A stretch of DNA of 36,910 bases from a virus (lineage: Duplodnaviria > Caudoviricetes). The notes beneath the pieces were generated by a model. That model was given only the letters and a program-made list of their open reading frames with translations. It was not told the DNA's origin and made no database searches. Both the position numbers and the translations under genes were made by a program. The stretch spans positions 1 to 36,910 of IMG/VR virus record IMGVR_UViG_3300005405_000004; one strand, written 5' to 3'. The stretch's first letter is position 1. The number at the start of each line of letters is the position of its first letter. Shown here in pieces: positions 16,444-26,244 of this stretch.

Positions 16444-18841
16444 TCGTTGTCACCACCGGGACCATCATCAACAGGGTCATGGGGAGCGGCTGATCTTGCA
16501 CCACCACGAGGCGACAATCCTTGGTCCAACCAGTTGATACACGGATTTCCTTATCCCCCGTATACAGAGGAGGCGGGGCATCCATCGGGTCAGACTGCGT
16601 ACGGAAGGAAAGTATCCTTAGGTTGTCACCGTTTTTGTTCGCAACCCCGGCCTTTCCGCCAACCGTACGCAAGAATCTCAGATTAAGCTCTGTAACCACC
16701 TTGCGCTTAGTCTGGCTGGTGCCGAACTCGCTGCCCGCCTCAACCTTCATTGTGCGGAGCGTCGAAGTGTAGCCAAGCCCGGCGTGGACCACAGCGCCAA
16801 GAGAAGTCAACGCAATCGAGCCGTTGCTTGCCACTACCACGTCCGGATGAACAGCTCCGTCAAGCAAGACCTGTACTGTTCCCCCTTTCAGGTGGTCTAA
16901 TCCTGTAACCGACTGCGTAAGCGCAGCCCATGCGGGCGTGGCGTTCGACTGAAGCACAGCGGGAATGGCGTCAATGAACGTACACTCACAAGCAGTGCTT
17001 GATGTAAATGCAGTAATCTCAACGCGGTATCTACGGTCTGTGGCATCGTACAGCGCCCCGGCGTTGGACGCCTGAAGCCCATAGACAGACCCCACCGCGC
17101 CGCTAGTAAATGGGGCGTGCCCAGTGGCGGTAATAGTCCCGTTACTGCCCGCAGCGTAGCTGCCCCCGGTTAGGGAAAACACATAGTCAGCATTGGTGTT
17201 TGTGCCGTCATAGCTCAACCCAGAGTCAACAAAGAAAGCATCAACGGAAGTCTCCCCTTCGTGCGGGCCTTCCAGGAACTCAATCGTTCTGACCGTCGCC
17301 CCGTCCACTTCGCGGGCGAACTGCGCCCACAACTCCGTGCGGTTGTCAACACTCCCGAAGACGGACGCGATAGACTCAACGCTCCCCTCCGTCTCGGTGT
17401 TGGCCCACCCCTGCACGTCCTGTTCGGGCATGTAAGTCATGCTTGCAAGGGTGCCGTCCTCTTTCGCCACGTACACCACGGAGTCTGGATCCTGCACGTA
17501 CACTAGGCGAGTTGCCAAACCCTTAAGGATATGGTCTGAAAGGATGTTCTTATCCGGCGTCACAAAGCTATCCGACTGAAAATCATACGCCATTTCGCGC
17601 ACGCGCTGCTGACCGCGCTGGACAAACAGCGTCGAGGCGTTGATATCAATCGGATCTACGTTCGCGCTGCCGCATGTGCCGTGGCGGCTGGCCTTGATGC
17701 TGTCCGGTGCCATGCCCTCGGTGGACGATGCCGCGCCGATGGTCCACGGCGAAGTGCGCGTGCCGGCCCACAGGCGTTCCTTCGGCAAGAGCCACGATAT
17801 GGCCTGAGGCTGCGAGGCGTCCAGAGTCGTTTCAATGGCGTCGTCGGCCAGGGGCACTCCCTGGTCATTGGTGCGCCTGTCTCCGGGCTCCCATGCCTCC
17901 CAATATGTACTTTGCAGCGTCCCGCCAGAATTGTATATGGACTGAACCTGATCACCGGTAGGCGAGTCTTTAAATGTTACGATCTTGTCTGCGGAGCTAC
18001 CAGCGTCTAGGCGAATCGCCCCGATGTATCTGAAGTACCGCACGCTTCCAGCCGGGGTAACGCCCTTCACGGCGACAAGATCAACATCGTTGCTACTGAA
18101 TATCTTCCCCTTAGGCAGCACAAAGGTATCGTTTTGCTTACCGTCGGCCTTTCCGTCTGCGTTGGCGTCCACAATGGCAATCGTTGACCATCCAGTAAGA
18201 GGCACCTCGCGGGTATTCAAACGAAAGTCAGTATATTGACGCGTCTGGCTGAACCAAAGCGTGTTCGGCTGCGCAGGCGTCGCGGCATAGCACAGGCGGC
18301 TTTCGAAGAAGCACACGCGCGAAGGCCAGTTGCCCGTGCCCCACACGTCGGGCTGTCCCTGAAGCGTAGGCGTGGCGAACGTCCAGTTTGTGTGCCCGCT
18401 ACGAGTGAGCGTACGCGGCGCATAGCTGGGATGCGCGAAGTAAATTGTATCGTTGTTTTGCACCCACCGCAGTTCTGCAAAGTCTTCCGGCTCAAATGGA
18501 ATCGCCAGCTCGTAGGGCGTGCTCGGTGCCGTGACGACTATTCCCTGGTCTTTGTACACGCGCATCCTGCCGTGGCCGTCTGTGTGCTTGTAAAACTCAA
18601 TCATATACGACTGTTCGGTGTTGTACTCAAACGGGATAAGCAGACTCGCGGCGGACTGATTGCCAGCCAAGTGAACGAAACGGAAGCCGCTCCTGCGCTG
18701 CACTCCGCCATGCGGCAGGTTGACGAAGTTCACCAGCGTATCACACCCCTGGGCGTAATACTTAAGGTCAATGCGCCCAGCGAGGCGTGTGGAGAGTTCA
18801 CCGGAAGTGAACGAGGTCAAGCCCGGCGTTGCCGTGCTCAT
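16436..18841 (-). CDS. Tail tubular protein B (nozzle)
   Basis: SFTSGELS, PHGGVQRRSG, WPSRVCFFESRL, FVDSG, GLDHLKG and QDQPLPMT motifs. Confidence 0.9.
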   Translation of the reverse strand: MSTATPGLTSFTSGELSTRLAGRIDLKYYAQGCDTLVNFVNLPHGGVQRRSGFRFVHLAGNQSAASLLIPFEYNTEQSYMIEFYKHTDGHGRMRVYKDQGIVVTAPSTPYELAIPFEPEDFAELRWVQNNDTIYFAHPSYAPRTLTRSGHTNWTFATPTLQGQPDVWGTGNWPSRVCFFESRLCYAATPAQPNTLWFSQTRQYTDFRLNTREVPLTGWSTIAIVDANADGKADGKQNDTFVLPKGKIFSSNDVDLVAVKGVTPAGSVRYFRYIGAIRLDAGSSADKIVTFKDSPTGDQVQSIYNSGGTLQSTYWEAWEPGDRRTNDQGVPLADDAIETTLDASQPQAISWLLPKERLWAGTRTSPWTIGAASSTEGMAPDSIKASRHGTCGSANVDPIDINASTLFVQRGQQRVREMAYDFQSDSFVTPDKNILSDHILKGLATRLVYVQDPDSVVYVAKEDGTLASMTYMPEQDVQGWANTETEGSVESIASVFGSVDNRTELWAQFAREVDGATVRTIEFLEGPHEGETSVDAFFVDSGLSYDGTNTNADYVFSLTGGSYAAGSNGTITATGHAPFTSGAVGSVYGLQASNAGALYDATDRRYRVEITAFTSSTACECTFIDAIPAVLQSNATPAWAALTQSVTGLDHLKGGTVQVLLDGAVHPDVVVASNGSIALTSLGAVVHAGLGYTSTLRTMKVEAGSEFGTSQTKRKVVTELNLRFLRTVGGKAGVANKNGDNLRILSFRTQSDPMDAPPPLYTGDKEIRVSTGWTKDCRLVVVQDQPLPMTLLMMVPVVTTNE

Positions 18842-19434
18842 CGGTTCCACCTCCCCCCAAGCTTAGCAGACCGCCACGTGCTCGGCACAACAGGCCCGTA
18901 TGTCTGCCCCTGGCGAGAGTCTACGCCGCGCGCTTCACGCATACGGTCTTCATAGCTGGCCTGTGCCGCCTGCCGTGCCGTAACGGATGCCGTCAACGGG
19001 TATGCTATCTCAGCAGCGAGAGCCGCTTCTAGCACCTTGCACAGCAGCGCGTCGTATTTCGTCGGGTCCGTCTCGCGCCATATATACGAGATATAGACAG
19101 GCGCGGCCTCGTTGCACAGGACCTCGCCGCCCACGGTTTCCCACACCTCCAGTGCGTTCTCGTCCGCCCCAACCACCTCGACAACCCGCAGGCAGTCGGC
19201 AGGTAGCGGGTATGCGTAGTCCCACTTCCACGCTGGAGCGGTCGCGCTCTGCTGCAACTGTGCAAGCTTCATGGCGCAATTCCACGGGTGGGAGCGCAGT
19301 ACAGCGTCACGCACAGACGGCCACACCTGTTCGCACATGTCGGCGGTTTCCGTATCGTCAGAGCCGGACATGATACGATTGGCCTTAAGCCCCTGTAGCG
19401 CGTTGTTAAATATTTCTGTCAGGCTGGTCGCCAT
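18838..19434 (-). CDS. Tail tubular protein A (adaptor)
   Basis: IFNNAL, RDAVLRSHPWNCA and YAYPLPADCLR motifs. Confidence 0.9.
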   Translation of the reverse strand: MATSLTEIFNNALQGLKANRIMSGSDDTETADMCEQVWPSVRDAVLRSHPWNCAMKLAQLQQSATAPAWKWDYAYPLPADCLRVVEVVGADENALEVWETVGGEVLCNEAAPVYISYIWRETDPTKYDALLCKVLEAALAAEIAYPLTASVTARQAAQASYEDRMREARGVDSRQGQTYGPVVPSTWRSAKLGGRWNR

Positions 19435-20030
19435 TATGCACCCCCCAGGAGGTCAAAGAGAAAGTCGCCGGGCTTGCCCATGCTGAATACGCGGCCCTTT
19501 AACTCATGCTGTGTCGAGGTCCAGCCGTCACGATAGAAGCGGTAGTCGTGCATAAGCTTCTGACCGTTGCCTACGTCCATGACCTCATACAGCGAGAGCT
19601 GGACGCCCGCTATGTACACAGGAGCATAGCCCATGTTGAGAGCTATAAAGACGGCCAGCATCGCGCTTGACCCTGCACCCATGCCGGGGATAGGCCAAAA
19701 CACGTCGGCCTCCGGGCAGTTGCACAGCGGCTTTTCCGCGTGGTAGGTCACATCCGCGCGCCGCTCGTCGCGCTTCGGAAACCCCTGGCAATGTATGCTT
19801 ACCTCATGTTCGAACACGCATCCGGGGTAGTGGTCTTCAACGTGCCCATTGACGGCGAATACTGGTGCCTCGTGCTCCGTCAACGCAAAGGCCGCGTCAA
19901 GCTCATCAACCCAGCCGTCAGCCCGGCCAAGCACAATGGCAGGGCCGCGAAATTTGCCCGCGAGGGGCGGGAGCGGCCCGAAGGACGCCCTCACCCCAAG
20001 CGGGAGTTTATGTTCTGTAACCTGCGTCAA
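19434..20030 (-). CDS. Putative glycosyltransferase-like protein (Maf/DUF115/sialyltransferase-like Rossmann fold)
   Basis: PAIVLG, VFAVN and GSSAMLAVFIALNMGYAPVYIAGV motifs. Confidence 0.5.
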   Translation of the reverse strand: MTQVTEHKLPLGVRASFGPLPPLAGKFRGPAIVLGRADGWVDELDAAFALTEHEAPVFAVNGHVEDHYPGCVFEHEVSIHCQGFPKRDERRADVTYHAEKPLCNCPEADVFWPIPGMGAGSSAMLAVFIALNMGYAPVYIAGVQLSLYEVMDVGNGQKLMHDYRFYRDGWTSTQHELKGRVFSMGKPGDFLFDLLGGA

Positions 20031-20039
20031 CCGCCAGCC

Positions 20040-20294
20040 CTAGGCAAGGTCCATCTTGGTCGTGGTAATGGTGCCGCTGGTGTTGGTAGCCACAAGGCTG
20101 ATGAGCTTCTGCGTGCCACCGAAGGCGTACACCACGATGATGATGTCCCCAGTGGACAGGTTGTAGTGGTCGTAAGCGTCGTCAAAGTAGCCAGACGCCA
20201 CGGTGGTGGAAAGAAGGTCGGCAGTGCGGTACAGGAAAAGCTGCTGACCGGGGACACCGCCCATAAGGCGCATCGTCGAAGTCGAATAAGCCAT
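20040..20294 (-). CDS. Capsid decoration/small structural protein
   Basis: AAAGGAG RBS; follows the capsid gene; SGYF...LSTGDIIIV motif. Confidence 0.7.
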   Translation of the reverse strand: MAYSTSTMRLMGGVPGQQLFLYRTADLLSTTVASGYFDDAYDHYNLSTGDIIIVVYAFGGTQKLISLVATNTSGTITTTKMDLA

Positions 20295-20311
20295 TTTCGT
20301 AAGTCTCCTTT

Positions 20312-20340
20312 GGGCGCCGGGTGCGAAACCGCCGCCCCTT
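20312..20340 (-). terminator. GC-rich hairpin after the major capsid gene
   Basis: GGGGCGGCGGT-TTCG-CACCCGGCGCCC imperfect stem; no clear U tract. Confidence 0.35.
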
Positions 20341-20356
20341 ACACATTCGTCAAGCT

Positions 20357-21193
20357 CTAGGCCGCGTAAGCCTCGTCGTCATCACACTGCCACTCGTAGA
20401 TGCCGGTGCCGTCAATGGCAACCGCGCCAGCGGAAATCATGTGGTCCATCAGGTGGGCGGCCTTCTCGGGAACCCAATCGACATGAAGCTTCAGGTCCAG
20501 ACCTTCGGCAAGGCCGACGGCGCTCTTGTGGTACAGGAAGCACTTGCGGGTGCCGCTGCCAAGGGGAAGGCCAGAGTGGAACATCCAGGTGATGCCCAGC
20601 CACATGCGGGCTTCGGTGCCCTTAAGCCAAGGGTACTTGGTACCGGCGAAGTCTGCGCTCTTGAACTCGGTCAGGTTCAACATTTCGTTCCACTGGTGAG
20701 CACCCAGCACGGCGAAGCGGTTGCCGTCGTCGGGCACGTCCGCAGCGTTCAGGGTTTCAACAGCGGTCAGGATGCGGCCCTTGGTCAAGCCGAGCGTGGC
20801 GGCGGTGTCCGTGGTACCAGCGCCAGAGTCCAGCACGGTGATGATGAGATCATCCACCTTGCGACCAAGGGCGTAAGCGCCAGCGTTGGCAACCACCATG
20901 CGCTCGTCAATGTTGGTCTTCAGCTCGTCCAGCTTGTCAACGTAGTCCGCGCCGTACCAATCTTCCAGGGTGGCGGTAACGGTGGAATGGTCGGCATTCA
21001 TCAGCGGCACGTTGCCGTGACGGGTCTTCTTGCCAGCGATGCCCTTCCCGGCCTTCTGAAAAACACAGGTGGAGCCAATGACTCCGGTCTTGAGGCGCAC
21101 GGCGGAACGGAGCTTGCTCCCGGTCTGCTGATAGGCTTCGTGAACCTCGGCAAGGTATTGGGCGATAAAGGCATCAGAGATGTCAGTAGACAT
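20357..21193 (-). CDS. Major capsid protein
   Basis: AFIAQY...YQQTGSKLR, VDKLDELKTNIDER and AGAYALGRK motifs; GGAGG RBS; strongly biased codons. Confidence 0.95.
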   Translation of the reverse strand: MSTDISDAFIAQYLAEVHEAYQQTGSKLRSAVRLKTGVIGSTCVFQKAGKGIAGKKTRHGNVPLMNADHSTVTATLEDWYGADYVDKLDELKTNIDERMVVANAGAYALGRKVDDLIITVLDSGAGTTDTAATLGLTKGRILTAVETLNAADVPDDGNRFAVLGAHQWNEMLNLTEFKSADFAGTKYPWLKGTEARMWLGITWMFHSGLPLGSGTRKCFLYHKSAVGLAEGLDLKLHVDWVPEKAAHLMDHMISAGAVAIDGTGIYEWQCDDDEAYAA

Positions 21194-21334
21194 TGTTTTG
21201 CCCTCCTAGGGCGTTGATTGTTGCGTACTTTTTGACCGCATAGGAGGGTATCCGGTTGTGTTCAGCATCGGGTATCCCTTTCGGGGCCGCGCCTTCCACG
21301 CTTGGGCCTCTTCCGCTTCACTTCTCACGTATGG

Positions 21335-22261
21335 TTAGGCACCCCGACGAATCAGTTTGCCGTACCTCTCTGCAAATGCGTCAACTTCGCGCACATAGTC
21401 TGGATCGCGCTGCATGGCGTCACGATAGCGCGGGTCTGCCTGCATGGCTCTCAACTTGCCCATGGCCTCCTGGGGCGTATAGGCGGGCTCCTGCGAAGCC
21501 GTAGCGCCACCCTTGAGCTTGCCTTCTGCCACAAGCGGGTAAACCTCGGACGCCAGCGCCTTGATAAGCGCCGTGTTGTTGCCGAGGTGGCCAAGAATGC
21601 TATCCTTGCCGTCCTTTCCCACAAGGCCAAGAGCCTGCGCAGCCTTAAGCGCGTTGCCGAACTGTTCCTTCGGTACGAGATCCGCGTCCTGCCATTCCTT
21701 CACAAGCGCCGTTTCGGCCTTCTCCTGGCGCACCTTGGCGTCTTGGCGAGCGGCAGCGATAGCCTGGAGCTCCATCTGGACATAGCCAGCGGCAAGCTCC
21801 TTAAATTCAGCGGGGGCGAGGCCAGCCTTATGCGCGATACCTTGAAATGCGCCCACAAGTTCAGGGCTGAGTGCATAACCTTCGGGCGCATCCTCCGGCA
21901 CCTCTACGGCGTAGGCCTCGGCTACCTTGTCCTCGGCAGGTACGCCACGCAGTTCACGCAACTTGGCGCTAAAGGCGTCCTTCTCTTCCTGCGGCGCGTC
22001 GTCGGCGGGCGGGGCGAACGGGTCGGCCTTCTTGCCGATGAGCTTCTGCGCCTCGACAAGCGCCTTGTAGGCGTCTTCAGGGCTCTTGTACTTCTCCAGG
22101 GCCTTCTCACCACGCAGCGACTCAGGACGCCAGTCCTGGGCCTCCTGGGGGGCGGCAGAGGTGTCCTGCGTGGCCTGGGCTGCATCAGCCCCAGCATCAG
22201 CAGCTGCAGCGGTTTCAGGCGCGGTGGCGGCGGCGGTCAAAAGGGTCTGTTCTTCAGACAT
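21335..22261 (-). CDS. Capsid assembly scaffolding protein
   Basis: Between portal and capsid; DWRPESL...AQKLIGKK and LGNNTALIKAL; start inferred at MSEEQ. Confidence 0.85.
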   Translation of the reverse strand: MSEEQTLLTAAATAPETAAAADAGADAAQATQDTSAAPQEAQDWRPESLRGEKALEKYKSPEDAYKALVEAQKLIGKKADPFAPPADDAPQEEKDAFSAKLRELRGVPAEDKVAEAYAVEVPEDAPEGYALSPELVGAFQGIAHKAGLAPAEFKELAAGYVQMELQAIAAARQDAKVRQEKAETALVKEWQDADLVPKEQFGNALKAAQALGLVGKDGKDSILGHLGNNTALIKALASEVYPLVAEGKLKGGATASQEPAYTPQEAMGKLRAMQADPRYRDAMQRDPDYVREVDAFAERYGKLIRRGA

Positions 22262-22499
22262 TGGTCTGTTCTCCCTGCTCGGCCATGGCGCGCCTGGCGC
22301 CCTGGGTGTCGAGCATGTTAAAGATGTGCAGGGCCATTGAACGCGCACCCTCATTGAAGGCGGCACGCATCGGGTCTGTGTTGAATGTGGGGCTCATCAA
22401 GCGGCCCTTGGCGTACAGGTCTTGCAGCACGGCCTTGCCCGCTGCGCCGTCGAACACTACCTGGTATTGCTTGCGGATCGTCTCCTGTGTGTCGGTCAT
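22254..22499 (-). CDS. Bbp19-like small head protein
   Basis: YQVVFDGAAGKAVLQDL and AFNEGAR motifs; directly after the portal. Confidence 0.8.
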   Translation of the reverse strand: MTDTQETIRKQYQVVFDGAAGKAVLQDLYAKGRLMSPTFNTDPMRAAFNEGARSMALHIFNMLDTQGARRAMAEQGEQTNV

Positions 22500-24142
22500 C
22501 CCATCGCCCCCATGACAGCGGTCAGGCCGTTAGGCTTCGTCATGTCCGCCTTACTGGCAGTCGCCGCCGTGTTCGCAATGGCATCAGCCTCGGCAAGCGC
22601 CGTCTGCGCCTGCACCTTCTTCGCACGCTGCTCACGTATAGTCTCAACGTCACGCTTGCTGCGCTTCACGTCCGCAGGTGCACCGGAGGCGTCGAACATG
22701 TGGGCCGCAATCTTGTCCGGGTCAAAGTTGTCTGGAATCTCCTCAAAGCCCGGAATCTGCGCAGCCGCCATTGCCTGTTCCATAAGCACGTTCAAGCTCG
22801 TGATGCCCGCCTGCTTCTGCGCCTGCGTGAGCGGCCCGGTGTAGTAGAACTTGATATTGCGCTCAGTGTAGCCCTCAGGCATGGGCGGGATAACGCCCTC
22901 ACGCATCAAGATAGCCAGAACGCGCCGAATCTGCGGGGTCAAGTCCTCGCTCTGCGCCCTGCCGAGCACAGCGGCCAGCGTCTTCCAGCGTTCGCTGTAC
23001 TTGAGCTGCGCCTCGGTGGCCGTCATGTTCGGGCGGCTTGAGTCGTCAAACTGGTTTGAATAGAACCACTCACGCACGGCGTTCTGACGCGCCTCAACCA
23101 TCATCGCCACGGCGTTCAGGTCAGCGTTAAACGGAAGCGCCTCAATCTTGTCCTGCGTCCCGCTGCGGTAGTAAGAGATGCCACCAGGGCCGGAGTTGAT
23201 AGGGCCAAGGAAACCGTCGTCAGGAGCCAGGAGCGCCGGGTCGCCCATTCTATCGGCGATGACAGTGGCGCTCTTCGCCATAGCGTACAGCACGCGCACG
23301 TCAGCCAGCGCAGGCAGGGCAGCACCGCGCCCGTACGTCTCGCCAGCGCCCTTATCCCAGCGTGGGCAGGAATACGGGAACTCGTTATAGCCCTTCTCTT
23401 CCAGGATGTTCTTGCTCTTGAACTCCATGTAGACGCAGGCGAACGGCATCGCCTTATTGCCCTTGGCCTTGGGGCTGATGTCGGAACGCGGGTACGTGCA
23501 GTGGAGAATCTCCACCTCAGTCTCCGGCTTGTTCTCGTCCATAAGGTCGCGCACTTCCTTGCTGACCCTCGCCTCGCCCCACTCCTGCACCATCTGCCGG
23601 GCAGTCATCTTGTACTTGCGGTACACCGTGTCCACAACGCCGCGTGCAGACTCGGAAATGTACACCTCCGCTAGCGGGATAGCGCGCACACGGATGAGGC
23701 TTTCGTCGTCGGCCTCGGTGTACTTGCAGGACATGCCAAACAGGCTTTCGCACTCGATAGCTTCAGCGCCCGCAGTGTAGAAATTCGTCTCTTCATTGGC
23801 GAACACGTTAAGCATGATGTCGGTGGCTTTCGCCGCCCATTCCTTAAACTCGTCGCCCTCGCCGCGTTCGTTGCGCATGTCGCGGAATCCCAGGCCCAAC
23901 CAACGTTCGGCAGGGTTCATGAGCATCCCGAACACGCGAGCGTCCATCATGCCCTTGGCGCTTACGGGTGTGCTGTCCCAAATAAACTCGTCGCCAGCTT
24001 CGCCCGGCTGCACGTCCGTGCCAAAGCCCAGCCCCTGCATAGGCTGAAACATTTGCGCCAGCTCACGCCAGGTGTCTTCGTATTTGCTTCGGGCAGATTC
24101 CATGCCCTTGAAGCGCAGTAAAAGGAGTTCAGCGGTCTCCAT
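22496..24142 (-). CDS. Portal (head-tail connector) protein
   Basis: 548 aa; IWDSTP, GETYGRG and MTATE motifs of T7-type portals. Confidence 0.95.
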   Translation of the reverse strand: METAELLLLRFKGMESARSKYEDTWRELAQMFQPMQGLGFGTDVQPGEAGDEFIWDSTPVSAKGMMDARVFGMLMNPAERWLGLGFRDMRNERGEGDEFKEWAAKATDIMLNVFANEETNFYTAGAEAIECESLFGMSCKYTEADDESLIRVRAIPLAEVYISESARGVVDTVYRKYKMTARQMVQEWGEARVSKEVRDLMDENKPETEVEILHCTYPRSDISPKAKGNKAMPFACVYMEFKSKNILEEKGYNEFPYSCPRWDKGAGETYGRGAALPALADVRVLYAMAKSATVIADRMGDPALLAPDDGFLGPINSGPGGISYYRSGTQDKIEALPFNADLNAVAMMVEARQNAVREWFYSNQFDDSSRPNMTATEAQLKYSERWKTLAAVLGRAQSEDLTPQIRRVLAILMREGVIPPMPEGYTERNIKFYYTGPLTQAQKQAGITSLNVLMEQAMAAAQIPGFEEIPDNFDPDKIAAHMFDASGAPADVKRSKRDVETIREQRAKKVQAQTALAEADAIANTAATASKADMTKPNGLTAVMGAMG

Positions 24143-24145
24143 CGC

Positions 24146-24403
24146 TTAACCCAGCTTGCCCTTAAGGCCGCTCTGCTCCGTCTGCGCCAATTCGCCAGTA
24201 CCCTGCACCGCACCGCCGCTAGAGCCCTTGAGCTTCTTCAGGCGGACGGCCTCGATGTCGCGGGCCTCGTTCGCCTTAGACACGGCCTCGGCACGATCTG
24301 CCGCCAACTGCTGCGCCTGCTCTGCCTCGCGCGCGGCCTGTTGCGCTGCGGCCTGTGCCGCTGTGTCCACTTTCGGCGCAGACGGTGCGAAGAATCCACC
24401 CAT
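24146..24403 (-). CDS. Small virion assembly protein
   Basis: MGGFFAPSAP...KGKLG pattern found before podovirus portals; GGAGG RBS. Confidence 0.7.
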   Translation of the reverse strand: MGGFFAPSAPKVDTAAQAAAQQAAREAEQAQQLAADRAEAVSKANEARDIEAVRLKKLKGSSGGAVQGTGELAQTEQSGLKGKLG

Positions 24404-25686
24404 TAGCTTGCCCTCCTGAGACTGTATCTGTTGTTCGTGTGTGCGGGGCGGGGCGAGCTAATGGCGCTCAGGCTCCTTTGCCTGTGCCCTACCGCCAAGT
24501 ATCTGAACGCGTCCGATGCGTGGCTTGTCCAATCGTGCAGCGGGTGCGCCTTGAAGTCGCCCATCTTGTCATTGAACTCACGCCGATAGTGCCGCAACGC
24601 CTCAAGGCCAACGCTGCACTTCTCCCTGTCGAACCACGCCTTTGTAAGCACGTTGCGCACGGCCTGAATGCCGTCAGCCATTGGCAGGTTGGGCGCCGTG
24701 TCGAAGCGTATGCCAAGCTCCCGCGCCGTCTCTAGGCGGCTCTTGCCGCTCCCAAGCTCACGCACGGCTATGTCGTGCGGCGCGATATGCCCACCGTAGT
24801 TGTAGCCCTTGTCCGTCAGTACCTGGGCATAATGCGGCAAACCCTCGCCCCCAGCCTCGTAGTAGTCAATCACTCGGAATGCGCCACCACGCTCCACTTG
24901 GAAGAACCAGATAGACGTGCTATCGCTCACACCCAAGTCCCACGCCGTGTAGACGGGCAGCGCTGGCTCGTATGGCACATTGCAGATGCGCCCATCTCTC
25001 TCCGCCTGGTCAAGCTGCCGCGAGTAGTACGCGCCCTTGATTGCGGCAGAGAATGAACATTCCAACTCCTGCTCGTATTCGTCAGGGTCCATCTCTCTGC
25101 GAAGCGCCGCGAGTTCATCAGGGTCGATGATGCCCGTCTCGCTGGCCTTGAACATGGCGGCGTACCACTCGGGGTCGCCTAGCGCACGCTCATACAGCGC
25201 ACAAAATTCGTCTCTGCCCTGAGGAGTACCGATGAACAGCGCCCACCCCTTGCGGTCCGACAACGCCGGGCGCAGGATCTCCGTCCACATGCGCATAGGC
25301 ATCTGCGCCACCTCATCAAGCACCACGCCGTCAAGGTAGATACCGCGCTGGCTGTCGGGGTTGTCAGAGCCGAGCAAGGTCACACGCGCCCCGTTGGGCA
25401 GGTCACAGCGCAACTCGCTTTCGTTAAACTTCACACCCGGTATGTTGCCAGCGTAATACCGCAGGTAATCCCACGCCACGGCCTTGGCCTGCCGATACAG
25501 CGGGGCGAAATATGCAAAGCGCGGGTTAGGCTTCTGGCAGCGGGCAGCCGCTATAATAAGCGCGTTGATGGACAGCACCGTCTTGCCGAAACGCCTGTGA
25601 CACACCAAAACGCTGAACCTCTTCAGGCCAGCGTGGACAGCGCCTTGATGCGCGTGCGGTGTATACAGACTATGTACCTGGGTCAC
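24403..25686 (-). CDS. terL: Terminase large subunit
   Basis: CHRRFGKT Walker A, VVLDE Walker B, IGTPQG, AWDLG and HDWTSHASDAFRY. Confidence 0.95.
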   Translation of the reverse strand: MTQVHSLYTPHAHQGAVHAGLKRFSVLVCHRRFGKTVLSINALIIAAARCQKPNPRFAYFAPLYRQAKAVAWDYLRYYAGNIPGVKFNESELRCDLPNGARVTLLGSDNPDSQRGIYLDGVVLDEVAQMPMRMWTEILRPALSDRKGWALFIGTPQGRDEFCALYERALGDPEWYAAMFKASETGIIDPDELAALRREMDPDEYEQELECSFSAAIKGAYYSRQLDQAERDGRICNVPYEPALPVYTAWDLGVSDSTSIWFFQVERGGAFRVIDYYEAGGEGLPHYAQVLTDKGYNYGGHIAPHDIAVRELGSGKSRLETARELGIRFDTAPNLPMADGIQAVRNVLTKAWFDREKCSVGLEALRHYRREFNDKMGDFKAHPLHDWTSHASDAFRYLAVGHRQRSLSAISSPRPAHTNNRYSLRRAS

Positions 25687-26134
25687 GATCCACCTTGACT
25701 AAGAATTCCAGAGGACCGCCATCTTTGCCAGCGTGGTTCAGGTCAAGCTTGTCGCCGTACTTCTTCGGCAGCAGCTTCGACAACACCCATTTGCGCGCAT
25801 CGATTTGTAAGCGCCTATGGCCCAGCATGTCGCCTTTCTTGACCTCTACGCCACCGTCGGCCATGATCTTAGTTTCGACGCCTTCTAGGGGCGTGTCAGC
25901 GATTTCTAGGATGCTATCAGCGTGTACCTCAAGCCCGATCTCTCTGGCTTTTTCGTACTGCTCCCTGAAAACCTCGTGCTCGCCGTCTGCAAGCCATCGG
26001 AATATCGTTGTCATCTTCGGCATACCGTCTAGCGCGCATACCTTGCGAACCGATAGCCCGTCTGCAATGTGCTGGCATATCGTGTCGCCAAGTTCCGGCG
26101 TAAACTTCGGACTTCCGCTTCCAGGTCCGCCCAT
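25670..26134 (-). CDS. terS: Terminase small subunit
   Basis: ICQHIADGLSVRKVC, IFRWL and RLQIDARKWVLSKLLPKKYGDK motifs. Confidence 0.92.
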   Translation of the reverse strand: MGGPGSGSPKFTPELGDTICQHIADGLSVRKVCALDGMPKMTTIFRWLADGEHEVFREQYEKAREIGLEVHADSILEIADTPLEGVETKIMADGGVEVKKGDMLGHRRLQIDARKWVLSKLLPKKYGDKLDLNHAGKDGGPLEFLVKVDRDPGT

Positions 26135-26174
26135 AATTATTTTCCGCCTCTCGCTAAAAAACTGAAAATAGTTG

Positions 26175-26203
26175 TTGACAAGTTTTGTGCTGGTGGGTAG
26201 GTT
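26175..26203 (+). promoter_or_regulatory. Strong sigma70-type promoter for the lone + strand gene
   Basis: TTGACA-17 bp-TAGGTT with an A-rich upstream tract. Confidence 0.7.
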
Positions 26204-26244
26204 CTACTCAACGGCAACGAAACCACCAACAAAACGAGGACACC

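Noticed and set aside
20294-20359. Capsid stop read-through into the decoration protein
   Set aside because: The downstream gene is in a different frame and has its own strong RBS; no slippery site seen
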